Source: Candidatus Wildermuthbacteria bacterium (GTDB lineage Bacteria > Patescibacteriota > Minisyncoccia > Minisyncoccales > UBA10102). Taken from it: a stretch of DNA of 64,000 nucleotides. The notes under the pieces were generated by a model. That model was not told the DNA's origin, made no database searches, and saw only the letters and a program-made list of their open reading frames with translations. This document shows positions 54,728 through 63,542 of the stretch, in pieces. The position numbers were made by a program, and so were the translations under genes. Numbering within the stretch: the first letter of the stretch is position 1; each line of letters starts with the position of its first letter. The stretch lies in assembly GCA_016181405.1 (NCBI GenBank), contig JACOZJ010000004.1:5479-69478 (forward strand). Reading direction: 5' to 3'.

Positions 54728-54963
54728 GTTTTATACACAATCTCATCAATTTTTTCATGCAGCTTTTTCTCGCCACTCCGAAAACGAAGAGCTATCACGT
54801 CTCGCAATGTAAAGGGTTTTTGTGTCGCGTCCTGCTCACTGGGCACAATGCGAAATAGAGGAGTAGCGTGCTTCACCACCACAAAACTTTCACCCGCTTT
54901 TGCGCGTTTTGCAATATCGCGAAGGTTTTTATACAGTTGTTTTACGCCTATTATTTCTGCCAT
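54724..54963 (-). CDS. vapB: Antitoxin (Phd/YefM-like) of the VapBC pair
   Basis: ATG at 54963. MAEIIGVKQLYKNLRDIAKRAKAGESFVVVKHATPLFRIVP. ATGA overlap with vapC. Confidence 0.7.
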   Translation of the reverse strand: MAEIIGVKQLYKNLRDIAKRAKAGESFVVVKHATPLFRIVPSEQDATQKPFTLRDVIALRFRSGEKKLHEKIDEIVYKT

Positions 54964-55166
54964 ATGAATATAGTTTAACAAAAGTCCAACTTTCCTGTCA
55001 ACCCCTAAGGAGAAAACCACCTACCGAATACCGTACTCTTATTCTGTTTCTTGTACGCGCGATCGCTTGCACAAGAAACATACGATGCATTTCAACAGGT
55101 ATTTCCAAGATATTGAACCATTACACTGCACTCGACAACTCCTCAATTTCTTTCTAAGCTTTTTAC

Positions 55167-56636
55167 ATGGACTCAAATTTCTCCAATGGCTGGCGATCGC
55201 TGGTCCCAACACTCTCAGATATTCTTCAAAAAATGCAGGAGAAAACAATTATTGGATTTGGCCTAGTGCCCTACCCGCGCATTGTTCCTGCTCTTTTTTT
55301 ACAAAACTATGTTGTTTACGCCGTAAAGGATACTGCTGATCTCGATGTCTTGCGGCCGCATGCAAAAATTTTCTGCCTTGAGGAAAAATTTCCGAAGGCC
55401 GCGGCAAAAATTCACGCGGCAAGCTATCTCTTGGGAAACTACGCCTTCCATGCTTTTTTGAAATCACGGCGCCAGCCGTTCCATTTGCTTATGCATCGCA
55501 CCACAGAACCGATTATCCAGAAACTCGAGGAGCATAAACTCGACTGGCTGGGGAATCGACCGGAAAGCTTTCAAGGCGTATGGCTGAAAACAGATTTTTA
55601 TAAAGTACTACACGCAGCACAACTGCCATATATCGAAACTGTGAGATTAGGCCGAGAAGAAATCGCAGGGAAGACGTTTTCCGAGTTCAATGTCAAATGG
55701 CAGCAGCCCATGGTTGCTTATCGAGTCTTTCCTCAAACAGGCATGGAGCAAAGCCCTTTTATTCTTTTAGACGAAGATGATTGGGAAGATATGCGCCAAA
55801 CGCTCTCGCTTGATGAAAAATACAGTGAGATACAAATTTCTCCGATTGTTCGAGGCATTTCTTTGTCTATGGTAGGGTGCGTTACTCATCTGGGCGTCCT
55901 TACTTCGCCTCTCCAGCTGCAGTTTCACAACGTGCCGGAAGTCCTTCATGGAGAAGACCCCAGCAGACTTTCATTCGGCCAAGATTTTGGATTTTGCAGC
56001 TGGGATGACCATATCGAAAAGAAAGCTCAAGAAATAACAGAGAAGGTGGGAGAATTTCTTTCAACTAAAGGGTTCCACGGAATCTTTGGCGTTGACTTTC
56101 TGTACAACACGGAGCAGCAAAAGATTTTTGCCACCGAATGCATGCCGCAATTTACCGAAGATCTCCACATCTATTCGTTAATGACTATGGCGCATAACAA
56201 TGTGCCCCCGCTCGAATTCTTCCATATTATGGCAACCCTCGGCCTGAAAGAAAAATTCGACTTCGCCAAGGCCAACGCGCAACTTAAAAAGCGGTTTCCT
56301 GCTTCACACATCTTTCTTCTCCAGAAAGGGATAGAAACAATGCCCATTCCTCTTCGAGCAGGAGTTTATTCGTTCTCCCCAGAGAACCGCGGCCTTACGT
56401 ATCTGCGCGAAGGAGCGTTTCCTTGGGATTTAAAAAACGAGTCAGAATTTCTCATGCTCGATTCCATGCCTCGATACCAGCAAAAGGTTATTGATAACGT
56501 TCCCAGTCTTTTCAAACTCATTTTCCCACGTTCCATCGCCGAATCTTCCTCCAAAGTAAAGCCAGATGTAGGGGAATTAATAGCTATGCTCTCCCAAGCT
56601 CTCCGCGAGGAAGAAGGGTTGACAGAAACCCAGTAA
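55167..56636 (+). CDS. ATP-grasp-like protein, paralog 1 (divergent catalytic motif)
   Basis: 489 aa and roughly half identical by eye to the ORF at 57634-59115. ...FHGIFGVDFLYNTEQQKIFATECMPQFT occupies the place where paralog 2 has the ATP-grasp ECNPRFT. Confidence 0.7.
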   Translation: MDSNFSNGWRSLVPTLSDILQKMQEKTIIGFGLVPYPRIVPALFLQNYVVYAVKDTADLDVLRPHAKIFCLEEKFPKAAAKIHAASYLLGNYAFHAFLKSRRQPFHLLMHRTTEPIIQKLEEHKLDWLGNRPESFQGVWLKTDFYKVLHAAQLPYIETVRLGREEIAGKTFSEFNVKWQQPMVAYRVFPQTGMEQSPFILLDEDDWEDMRQTLSLDEKYSEIQISPIVRGISLSMVGCVTHLGVLTSPLQLQFHNVPEVLHGEDPSRLSFGQDFGFCSWDDHIEKKAQEITEKVGEFLSTKGFHGIFGVDFLYNTEQQKIFATECMPQFTEDLHIYSLMTMAHNNVPPLEFFHIMATLGLKEKFDFAKANAQLKKRFPASHIFLLQKGIETMPIPLRAGVYSFSPENRGLTYLREGAFPWDLKNESEFLMLDSMPRYQQKVIDNVPSLFKLIFPRSIAESSSKVKPDVGELIAMLSQALREEEGLTETQ

Positions 56637-56680
56637 TCTGCTATAGTTATAGCTAGCAAATTTGGGTTGGAGGTGACCCC

Positions 56681-57508
56681 GTGGAAGCCTATGGGATTAC
56701 CATAGAGGTAGACCCGCAGATTGAGCTGGGAAAGACGTTCGGCCAAGAGGAGAACGGCCACGTGGGCGCCCGGCTCACGGTTTCTGAGATGCCCGAGCAA
56801 GTCGCTCTCCACATCCGCCCCCCGCAAGAGGGGAACCCAATCATCGTCTTTCGCGGCGGAGCCGCGGAAGACGCGCGGCAGTTCTCCCTTCGAGTCCCCC
56901 TGAAGTGGGCCGGAGAGGGAGAACGACGAATCCCTTCCCTCCCAGACTGGAAGGAAGAGCAGAACTTCCTCAACGTTGTTCTGCTCAACCCAGATCTGCA
57001 CATCACCGACGTACAGATCTCCCTGGTGATCCGCGGCGGCAACCTGTACGTTGTCGCACAGCGGGTATACCAAGGATGGGTCCGGGGCACGGATGGCGAG
57101 ATGACCTTCATCCCCTCCCAGCCGGCGTATGCTTACCCTGGTATGGACTACCGGGCGATCTGGAAGGACCGCGGTTGGGCCGTGGCCCTCTTCGCCGCAT
57201 TGGAAGGGCTGACCAGGAGCACAACGCTCACCGAGCCCACGCCGGCGGCGTGGGAGCCGGAGTCGAATCCGGCTGATCCCGACAACGTCGCCACGATCGC
57301 GTACTTCAACGCGATCACCGACAGCGGCCTCGCCATCGGCGACGATGGCGAGGAATACCAGATCTTCGGGTACAACTTGCGGGGGGTGAAGGGAGCCGTG
57401 AAGATCCTTCCGCCCCTCACGAGGGTGGTAGTAGACCCTCTCCCGCGCAAGGAGGGATACAGCAGAACCCCGGTGCGGACCTGCTGGCCCGCCGACTCCT
57501 ACGAGTAA
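56681..57508 (+). CDS. GC-rich orphan protein (no recognisable family)
   Basis: GTG start 7 nt after GGAGG. 275-aa ORF with strong G/C at third codon positions, followed by a strong terminator. The composition differs clearly from the flanks. Confidence 0.6.
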   Translation: MEAYGITIEVDPQIELGKTFGQEENGHVGARLTVSEMPEQVALHIRPPQEGNPIIVFRGGAAEDARQFSLRVPLKWAGEGERRIPSLPDWKEEQNFLNVVLLNPDLHITDVQISLVIRGGNLYVVAQRVYQGWVRGTDGEMTFIPSQPAYAYPGMDYRAIWKDRGWAVALFAALEGLTRSTTLTEPTPAAWEPESNPADPDNVATIAYFNAITDSGLAIGDDGEEYQIFGYNLRGVKGAVKILPPLTRVVVDPLPRKEGYSRTPVRTCWPADSYE

Positions 57509-57540
57509 GGTCTCTCGTCCGCTTCGCGGCGCGAGGCGCG

Positions 57541-57592
57541 AAACCCGGGGGAACGACAATGCGAAAGCAAAGTCGTTCTCCCCCGGGTTTTT
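57541..57592 (+). terminator. Rho-independent terminator after the GC-rich orphan
   Basis: aaacccgggggaacgac-(loop)-gtcgttctcccccgggttt followed by tttt. Confidence 0.8.
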
Positions 57593-57633
57593 CATTTCAT
57601 TGAGTTTTGCCTTTTGGTATAGTAAAACAACGT

Positions 57634-59115
57634 ATGAATCAAAACCTGTTCCAGACATGGCAACAATCGGTTCCAAACCTTCTCAAGGTATTAGCCCTCA
57701 TGCAGGAAAAAACAATTATTGCTGTAGGAGGAACTCCCTACCCTCGCGTTACCCCCGCCCTATTTTTAAACAATTATACTATCTATTCTGTAAAAGATCC
57801 TGCAGATAACGACCTCTTGCGGAATTACGCCCAAATCTTTTCCCTTGAAGAAAAATTTCCCAAGGTGGCAGAGAAAATTCACTCCACAAGCTATCTTCTT
57901 GGTAACTATGCTTTCCAAGCGTTTTTAAAATCCCGCCACGCCCCTTATCGCCTGTTCTTTTCCCAGGCGCTTAGCGCGGGCGTTGTAAACGCGTTGGAAA
58001 AGTTGGGAGTTGAGTGGCTTGGCAACAAACCAGAAACCATAGAAGACGTATACTTGAAAGGAAAATTTCGGGCGTTGCTCAAAAGCCTTAGCCTGCCTCA
58101 CCTTCCAGACTGGAAACTTTCAAAAGAAGAATTCCTCTCAAAAAATTTTGCTTCTCTTCAAGAACATTGGAGAAAGCCTGCCGTCATCCAGCGAGCGGAT
58201 TTTGATGTGAACGGAGAACAGGGCACCTTTTTCATTCGGGAAGAAAAAGACTGGACTCACGCCCACAAAATTCTTTCAGCCGACGAACGGTACAAAGAAA
58301 TTCAAATCTCTCCCTTTATAGAAGGACATTCAGTTTCCATGCTCGGATGCGTCACTCATCTTGGTGTTTTGACTTCAACCCTTCAGCTTCAGCTTATCGA
58401 CGTGCCAGAGGCACTTCATGGCCAGTTTCCTACCGGCGTCTTTTTGGGCCACGATTGGGCATTCCGCGACTGGACCGACAAAACCGAGCGGACAGCACAG
58501 CAAATTGTAGAATCTGTAGGAGAAGCGCTTTCGCAGAAAGGATTTCGGGGAGTCTTTGGAATTGACTTTGTCTACGACGCGCGAAGCGATGAACTATTCC
58601 CCTTAGAGTGCAACCCGCGCTTTACAGCCGCCCTACCCATGTATTCTTTGATGACAACCAGCATCAATAAAGTCCCGCCCATAGAATTCTTTCATCTGAT
58701 GGCGCAATTGGGCATCAAAGAAAACTTTGACTTTCAAATGATCAATAGCGGCCTCAAAGAAAGAATTCCCTTTTCCCATATCTCCCTTACGCCGAAGGGA
58801 GTTTATGAAATGAAACTCAACTTGCCAGCCGGCGTATATTCGCTCGCTTCTGAAAATCTCGGCCTGCGCTACGAAAGGCCCGGCGCTTTTTTGTGGGATT
58901 TGAAAAACGAGTCGGAATTTCTTATGGCAGATTCTATTCCGCGCTTTGGCGCGAAAGTCGCGCAAGACGCTCCCACTCTCTTTCGGCTTATATTCCCCCG
59001 TTCCATCGCAACCTCTTCTTTTTCTATATCTCCTGAAATAGGGCAACTTATTACAAACCTTTCTTTGCTTTTGAGAAAAGATCAAAAACCTCCGGAAGAA
59101 ATTGACAAACTCTAA
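57634..59115 (+). CDS. ATP-grasp-like protein, paralog 2 (canonical E-x-N-x-R motif)
   Basis: The ATG at 57634 aligns with the paralog 1 N-terminus (MNQNLFQTWQQSVPNLLKVLALMQEKTIIAVG). FRGVFGIDFVYDARSDELFPLECNPRFTAALPMYSLM. Confidence 0.75.
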   Translation: MNQNLFQTWQQSVPNLLKVLALMQEKTIIAVGGTPYPRVTPALFLNNYTIYSVKDPADNDLLRNYAQIFSLEEKFPKVAEKIHSTSYLLGNYAFQAFLKSRHAPYRLFFSQALSAGVVNALEKLGVEWLGNKPETIEDVYLKGKFRALLKSLSLPHLPDWKLSKEEFLSKNFASLQEHWRKPAVIQRADFDVNGEQGTFFIREEKDWTHAHKILSADERYKEIQISPFIEGHSVSMLGCVTHLGVLTSTLQLQLIDVPEALHGQFPTGVFLGHDWAFRDWTDKTERTAQQIVESVGEALSQKGFRGVFGIDFVYDARSDELFPLECNPRFTAALPMYSLMTTSINKVPPIEFFHLMAQLGIKENFDFQMINSGLKERIPFSHISLTPKGVYEMKLNLPAGVYSLASENLGLRYERPGAFLWDLKNESEFLMADSIPRFGAKVAQDAPTLFRLIFPRSIATSSFSISPEIGQLITNLSLLLRKDQKPPEEIDKL

Positions 59116-59158
59116 CTATATGGTAATGTCCTCTTATCCTGATCAAGAAGGAACGCAC

Positions 59159-59611
59159 ATGCTTTACGTTTTGGGGTACGGAGACGACATGAGTCTACGG
59201 GGGCTCCAACGGCATCTCCCCAAAAAGGAGATCCTAGGAAGAGTCACCGTGCGAGGATGGAAACGCTCGTTCTCGCACTTTGGACGCGAGCACCGATACC
59301 TAACCCTCGTCAAGGAGGAGGGTGCCACGGCCAAGCACGTGGCCATCTTCGAAGTTAGCCCCACGGAGCTTGAGATCCACGCGCGACAAGAGTGGGGTCA
59401 AAAGCTCACAGACCTCACTGCCTACGTGGATCCGCTTCCGCCCGGGGATGATGTGAAGGTATACGCCTTCATCTCCATTCCTCCTGGAGAGAAAAACTCC
59501 ATCAGGAGGAGCTACCTCGACACGGTGCTCGAAGATCTCACGCCCGAGCAACGCAAGGAAGTCCTCGCGGAGATCGATTTCTGCGGGGCAAAGATTGACG
59601 AGAAGAACTAA
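59159..59611 (+). CDS. GC-rich small protein, tentatively gamma-glutamylcyclotransferase-like (GGCT/ChaC/AIG2 fold)
   Basis: MLYVLGYGDDMSLRGL...GRVTVRGWKRSFSH...RYLTLVKEEGATAKHVAIFEVSPTELEIHARQEWG loosely follows the YGS-L ... GY-R-F ... G-x-Y-x-V ... E pattern of that fold. Alternative ATG at 59120. Confidence 0.45.
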   Translation: MLYVLGYGDDMSLRGLQRHLPKKEILGRVTVRGWKRSFSHFGREHRYLTLVKEEGATAKHVAIFEVSPTELEIHARQEWGQKLTDLTAYVDPLPPGDDVKVYAFISIPPGEKNSIRRSYLDTVLEDLTPEQRKEVLAEIDFCGAKIDEKN

Positions 59612-59646
59612 TGCCTTGCGCAGCCTGCGCAAGGCATCCTTTTTTC
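59611..59646 (+). terminator. Rho-independent terminator after the GGCT-like gene
   Basis: atgccttgcgcag / ctgcgcaaggcat are perfect 13-nt arms, followed by ccttttttc. Confidence 0.8.
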
Positions 59647-59681
59647 TTGAATCTTCGGCGATTTTTGCTATAATACTAGTG

Positions 59682-61535
59682 ATGAAAAAATTCTCAAAAA
59701 ACTTTTTCCTTGTTGTTTTGATTCTTCTCACGGTTTCGGCGCTGTTCGCGCTTTTTTCAGATCCATTCACTCAAGTGGAGCGGATTTCGCTTTCGCAAGT
59801 AGCCCAAGACATTAATGAAGAACAGGTGGAAAAAATTGTTATTTCTGGGAACAAGCTCACTATTTCTTATACCGACGGAAGCACCAATGAATCCACAAAA
59901 GAGCCGCAGGCAGCTTTGTCGGAAACTCTGCTTCAGCTCGGTGTGCAACAAGATAAACTCGCCCGAGTGGACATTGAACCCAGAGAAGAAAGCGGCTTTT
60001 CAACGTTCATCGGTCCCCTCGCTTTTATACTGCTGCCACTTTTGATTTTTTTCATCTTTTTCTGGATGATGTTCCGGCAGGCGAGATCTGGCATTGGCCA
60101 AGCATTCGATTTCACCAAGGCAAGGGCGCGGCTGTTTGGAGCCGAAGGCCAGCTCAAACAAAAAGTGAGCTTCAAAGACGTAGCCGGTCTGAAAGAAGCA
60201 AAAGAAGAAGTGCAGGAAGTAGTAGACTTTTTAAAGTTCCCAAAAAAGTATCTGCAAATGGGGGCGAAAATCCCGCGGGGCGTGTTGCTCGTGGGGCCGC
60301 CCGGCACAGGCAAAACGCTTTTGGCAAAAGCAGTGGCCAGTGAGGCGGGCGTGCCATTTTTTTCTGCTTCCGGATCTGAATTTATTGAGATGTTCGTCGG
60401 AGTAGGAAGCTCGCGGGTTCGGGATTTATTCTCGACGGCAAAAAAAGCAGGGCGCGCCATTGTATTTATCGACGAGCTCGACGCAATCGGGCGGACGCGC
60501 GGCTTTGGATTTGGCGGCGGCCACGACGAGCGCGAACAAACATTGAATCAGATTCTAGTTGAGATGGACGGCTTCGAGCGCGATGAAGCCGTTATTGTAA
60601 TGTCTGCCACAAACCGACCTGATGTGCTCGACCCCGCGTTGCTTCGCCCAGGCCGGTTTGACCGCACTATTATTCTCGATCTCCCTGACGTGGAAGACCG
60701 AAACGCAATTCTTCAGATTCATGCGCAAGGCAAACCATTGGCTCCAAACACGCATCTCCGAGAAATTGCAGAGCGCACCCCCGGGTTTTCCGGAGCCGAT
60801 CTTGCGAACTTGATGAATGAAGCCGCTATCCTGGCTGCGAGAAGAAACAAGCAGCAAATTTCTCAACACGAGCTCTATGAGTCCATAGACAAAGTGCTGC
60901 TTGGCCCCGAACGGAAAAGCCACGTGCTTTCAAAGAAAGAAAAAGGAATTACCGCATACCACGAAGCTGGACACGCGCTTGTGGCTGCCTCGTTAAAAAA
61001 TGTTGATCCGGTACGCAAAATTTCCATTATCTCTCGCGGCAGAGCAGGCGGATACACCTTAAAGCTGCCCAGCGAAGATAAGCACATGAAGTCCCGTGCA
61101 GAATTTCTCGATGAGCTTGCAGTATTGCTCGGTGGCTACGCAGCGGAAAAAATGGTATTCGGCGACATTACTACGGGCCCAAGCAATGATTTGGAAAAAG
61201 CCTCTGAAATCGCACGAAGCATCGTAAAAGATTTTGGCATGTCCGAAAAATTGGGAGCCGTTACTTTTGGAGAAAAAGAGCATATGCCGTTTTTGGGCAG
61301 AGATATGGAATCAGGGAAAAACTATTCTGAGGCAACAGCCCTTGAAATTGACAAAGAAGTTGCCGGGCTTATTGAAAACGCGCGCAAACTTGCAGAACGG
61401 GTGCTTGGACAAAAACGCAAGACTCTGGACAAAATCGCCCAAGTTCTGGTAGAAAAGGAGACAATCGAGCGCGAAGAATTTGCGCAGCTCGTAGGCAAAC
61501 CTGCCAAATCCTCGCCTCGAAAAAAGGGCATGTAG
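59682..61535 (+). CDS. ftsH: ATP-dependent zinc metalloprotease FtsH
   Basis: ATG at 59682. Two TM helices, Walker [14 protein letters not shown], Walker [13 protein letters not shown] region, and zinc motif HEAGHAL. Confidence 0.95.
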   Translation: MKKFSKNFFLVVLILLTVSALFALFSDPFTQVERISLSQVAQDINEEQVEKIVISGNKLTISYTDGSTNESTKEPQAALSETLLQLGVQQDKLARVDIEPREESGFSTFIGPLAFILLPLLIFFIFFWMMFRQARSGIGQAFDFTKARARLFGAEGQLKQKVSFKDVAGLKEAKEEVQEVVDFLKFPKKYLQMGAKIPRGVLLVGPPGTGKTLLAKAVASEAGVPFFSASGSEFIEMFVGVGSSRVRDLFSTAKKAGRAIVFIDELDAIGRTRGFGFGGGHDEREQTLNQILVEMDGFERDEAVIVMSATNRPDVLDPALLRPGRFDRTIILDLPDVEDRNAILQIHAQGKPLAPNTHLREIAERTPGFSGADLANLMNEAAILAARRNKQQISQHELYESIDKVLLGPERKSHVLSKKEKGITAYHEAGHALVAASLKNVDPVRKISIISRGRAGGYTLKLPSEDKHMKSRAEFLDELAVLLGGYAAEKMVFGDITTGPSNDLEKASEIARSIVKDFGMSEKLGAVTFGEKEHMPFLGRDMESGKNYSEATALEIDKEVAGLIENARKLAERVLGQKRKTLDKIAQVLVEKETIEREEFAQLVGKPAKSSPRKKGM

Positions 61536-61599
61536 CTCAATTGGTTAGAGCTCGCGTCTTATACACGCGTGGTTCCTGGTTCGAGTCCAGGCATGCCCA
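61526..61599 (+). tRNA. tRNA-Ile (anticodon TAT)
   Basis: GGGCATG TA GCTC AATTGGTTA GAGC T CGCGT CTTATAC ACGCG TGGTT CCTGG TTCGAGT CCAGG CATGCCC A. The first 10 nt overlap the last codons and stop of ftsH. Confidence 0.85.
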
Positions 61600-61605
61600 C
61601 CCACA

Positions 61606-61677
61606 GGGCTCATAGTTCAGTGGCAGAACGCTTCGTTGACATCGAAGAGGTGGTAGGTTCGATTCCTACTGGGCCCA
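61606..61677 (+). tRNA. tRNA-Val (anticodon GAC)
   Basis: GGGCTCA TA GTTC AGTGGCA GAAC G CTTCG TTGACAT CGAAG AGGTG GTAGG TTCGATT CCTAC TGGGCCC A. Confidence 0.88.
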
Positions 61678-61706
61678 CATTTCAATAATAAATTCAGCGT
61701 AAACCC

Positions 61707-62435
61707 ATGAAAAACATTCAACAATACCTTACAAAATTTACCCCGTGGAAGCGAAGCTTCTTTACGGGGCGCACAATTCTTTTTATCACCATATTTGCGG
61801 TGGTAGGCTTTGGAGCGCTGCAAATCCCCGTAACCCAGCTTGTGGGGTCTGGCGCGAAGTTTACGGTATTCGACGCCTTCGCCCCCTTAACGGGCGCCTT
61901 TATCGGAAGCGTCCCCGGGGTCATTGCGGTATTGCTCATGAACTTTGCAAATTTTCTCTTTCACGGCGCACAGGTACAGGACATAGGCACCTTTATCCGA
62001 TTCTTCCCGGTACTATTCGCAGTGCTGTATTTTGCAAAGAAAAGTCGGCTTAGCCTCATTGTTCCGCTTCTCGCAATCGTAATTTTCGTGGCGCATCCAA
62101 TAGGCCGCTCCGTATGGTATTTCTCCCTATTCTGGACTATACCCATTATCGCGTATTTCTTTCGTGACCGGTTTTTACTTGCGCGCGCGCTTGGGGCGAC
62201 ATTCTCCGCGCACGCGGTGGGTGGAGCTAGCTGGATTTGGGCTTTCGCGCTTCCGGCTGCAGCGTGGAATTCTTTGATTCCTATTGTAATCGCAGAGCGC
62301 TTGCTTTTCGCGCTTGGAATAGCGGCAAGCTATATCGCCTTAAACAATCTTCTCTATGCTCTTGAGCAAAAGCAGATTCTCAAACTGGGATTTCATCTTG
62401 ACCATAAATATCTCCTTCCCTGGAAGCTTGCTTAA
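61707..62435 (+). CDS. Polytopic membrane protein of unknown function (possibly a small-molecule transporter S-component-like protein)
   Basis: 242 aa with about 6 TM helices and no diagnostic motif that I recognise. Confidence 0.5.
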   Translation: MKNIQQYLTKFTPWKRSFFTGRTILFITIFAVVGFGALQIPVTQLVGSGAKFTVFDAFAPLTGAFIGSVPGVIAVLLMNFANFLFHGAQVQDIGTFIRFFPVLFAVLYFAKKSRLSLIVPLLAIVIFVAHPIGRSVWYFSLFWTIPIIAYFFRDRFLLARALGATFSAHAVGGASWIWAFALPAAAWNSLIPIVIAERLLFALGIAASYIALNNLLYALEQKQILKLGFHLDHKYLLPWKLA

Positions 62436-63110
62436 ATGGGGTTGAATATTATCCACGAAAATGCTAAGCTACTGGTTGTAGATAAGCCAGCGGGGTTAAC
62501 CGTTGAACAGGTGGGAGAACTGCTCAAAAAACAGTTTCCGGAACTTGAAAAGCTTGGGGAAGAAAAACGGTATGGCATTGTGCACCGGCTCGATAAGGAC
62601 ACGTCCGGCGTACTGCTTGCGGCAAAAACAAAAGAAGAGTTCGAGGAACTGCAGGGGCAGTTCGCGAACAGGCAAGTAGAGAAACACTATATTTGTCTTG
62701 TGGAAGGCGCGATATCTCAAGACAAAGGCGTTATACACACGCTTCTCGCAAGATCTCCCGCAGATAGAAGAAAACAACGGACATATTCTTTGCAGGAACA
62801 ACAAGCTGGAAGAAGGGAGGCGATAACCGAATGGCAGGTACTTCAACGATTTGGAACTTTCACGCTTCTCCAGATAACCCCCAAAACAGGCAGAAAACAT
62901 CAGATAAGGGCTCACATGGCTTCTCTGGGCCATCCTGTAGCCGGCGATAAACTCTACGGCTTCAAAAATCAACAAATCCCGCAGGATCTGAAACGCCAAT
63001 TTCTTCACGCCTCTTCTCTGAAAATCGGGAACGCCGAATTTTCCGCAGAGCTTGCCTTAGATCTACAAAAAGTGTTAGAAAAACTGCAATCAAATGACAA
63101 CACCCACTGA
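62436..63110 (+). CDS. RluA-family pseudouridine synthase (no S4 domain)
   Basis: [28 protein letters not shown] (catalytic Asp) and [24 protein letters not shown]. Confidence 0.9.
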   Translation: MGLNIIHENAKLLVVDKPAGLTVEQVGELLKKQFPELEKLGEEKRYGIVHRLDKDTSGVLLAAKTKEEFEELQGQFANRQVEKHYICLVEGAISQDKGVIHTLLARSPADRRKQRTYSLQEQQAGRREAITEWQVLQRFGTFTLLQITPKTGRKHQIRAHMASLGHPVAGDKLYGFKNQQIPQDLKRQFLHASSLKIGNAEFSAELALDLQKVLEKLQSNDNTH

Positions 63111-63528
63111 AACAACAATCGTAAAAGAACAATTGAAAGAACATGGTCTGGACGTTCAGCCCGGAGATACCGTTCGCGTACACCAAAAAATCAAGGAAGG
63201 AGGGAAAGAACGCATTCAGATTTTTGAAGGAGTGATCCTGGCGCGAAAGCACGGGAAAGGCATAAGCGCAACCATTACCGTGAGGAAAATAAGCCAAGGA
63301 GTTGGCGTGGAACGCATTTTTCCTATTCACGCTCCATTTGTGCAGAAACTCGAAGTTGTGAAGCGGGCAAAGGTGCGCAGAGCGAAACTCTACTACCTCC
63401 GAGACGCAAAAGGCAAAAAAGCACGCTTGAAAGCAAAAGCGTTTGGCGTGGAAGTAGCGGAGCCCGAACAACCTAAAGCTAGGACAGAAGAAGTACCCGC
63501 AGAAGCCCCCGAAACAAAAATAGAATAG
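63094..63528 (+). CDS. rplS: 50S ribosomal protein L19 with a charged C-terminal extension
   Basis: [66 protein letters not shown]. Confidence 0.93.
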   Translation: MTTPTETTIVKEQLKEHGLDVQPGDTVRVHQKIKEGGKERIQIFEGVILARKHGKGISATITVRKISQGVGVERIFPIHAPFVQKLEVVKRAKVRRAKLYYLRDAKGKKARLKAKAFGVEVAEPEQPKARTEEVPAEAPETKIE

Positions 63529-63542
63529 TATGCATGCGCGGG

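Noticed and set aside
56366-57676. 436-aa minus-strand ORF spanning the GC-rich island
   Set aside because: It runs antisense into the 3-prime end of ATP-grasp paralog 1 and the 5-prime end of paralog 2 and has no SD sequence. Its Arg/Gly/Pro-rich, low-complexity translation is typical of a spurious frame in GC-rich DNA. The plus-strand ORF has an SD sequence, respects the neighbouring boundaries and has a terminator.
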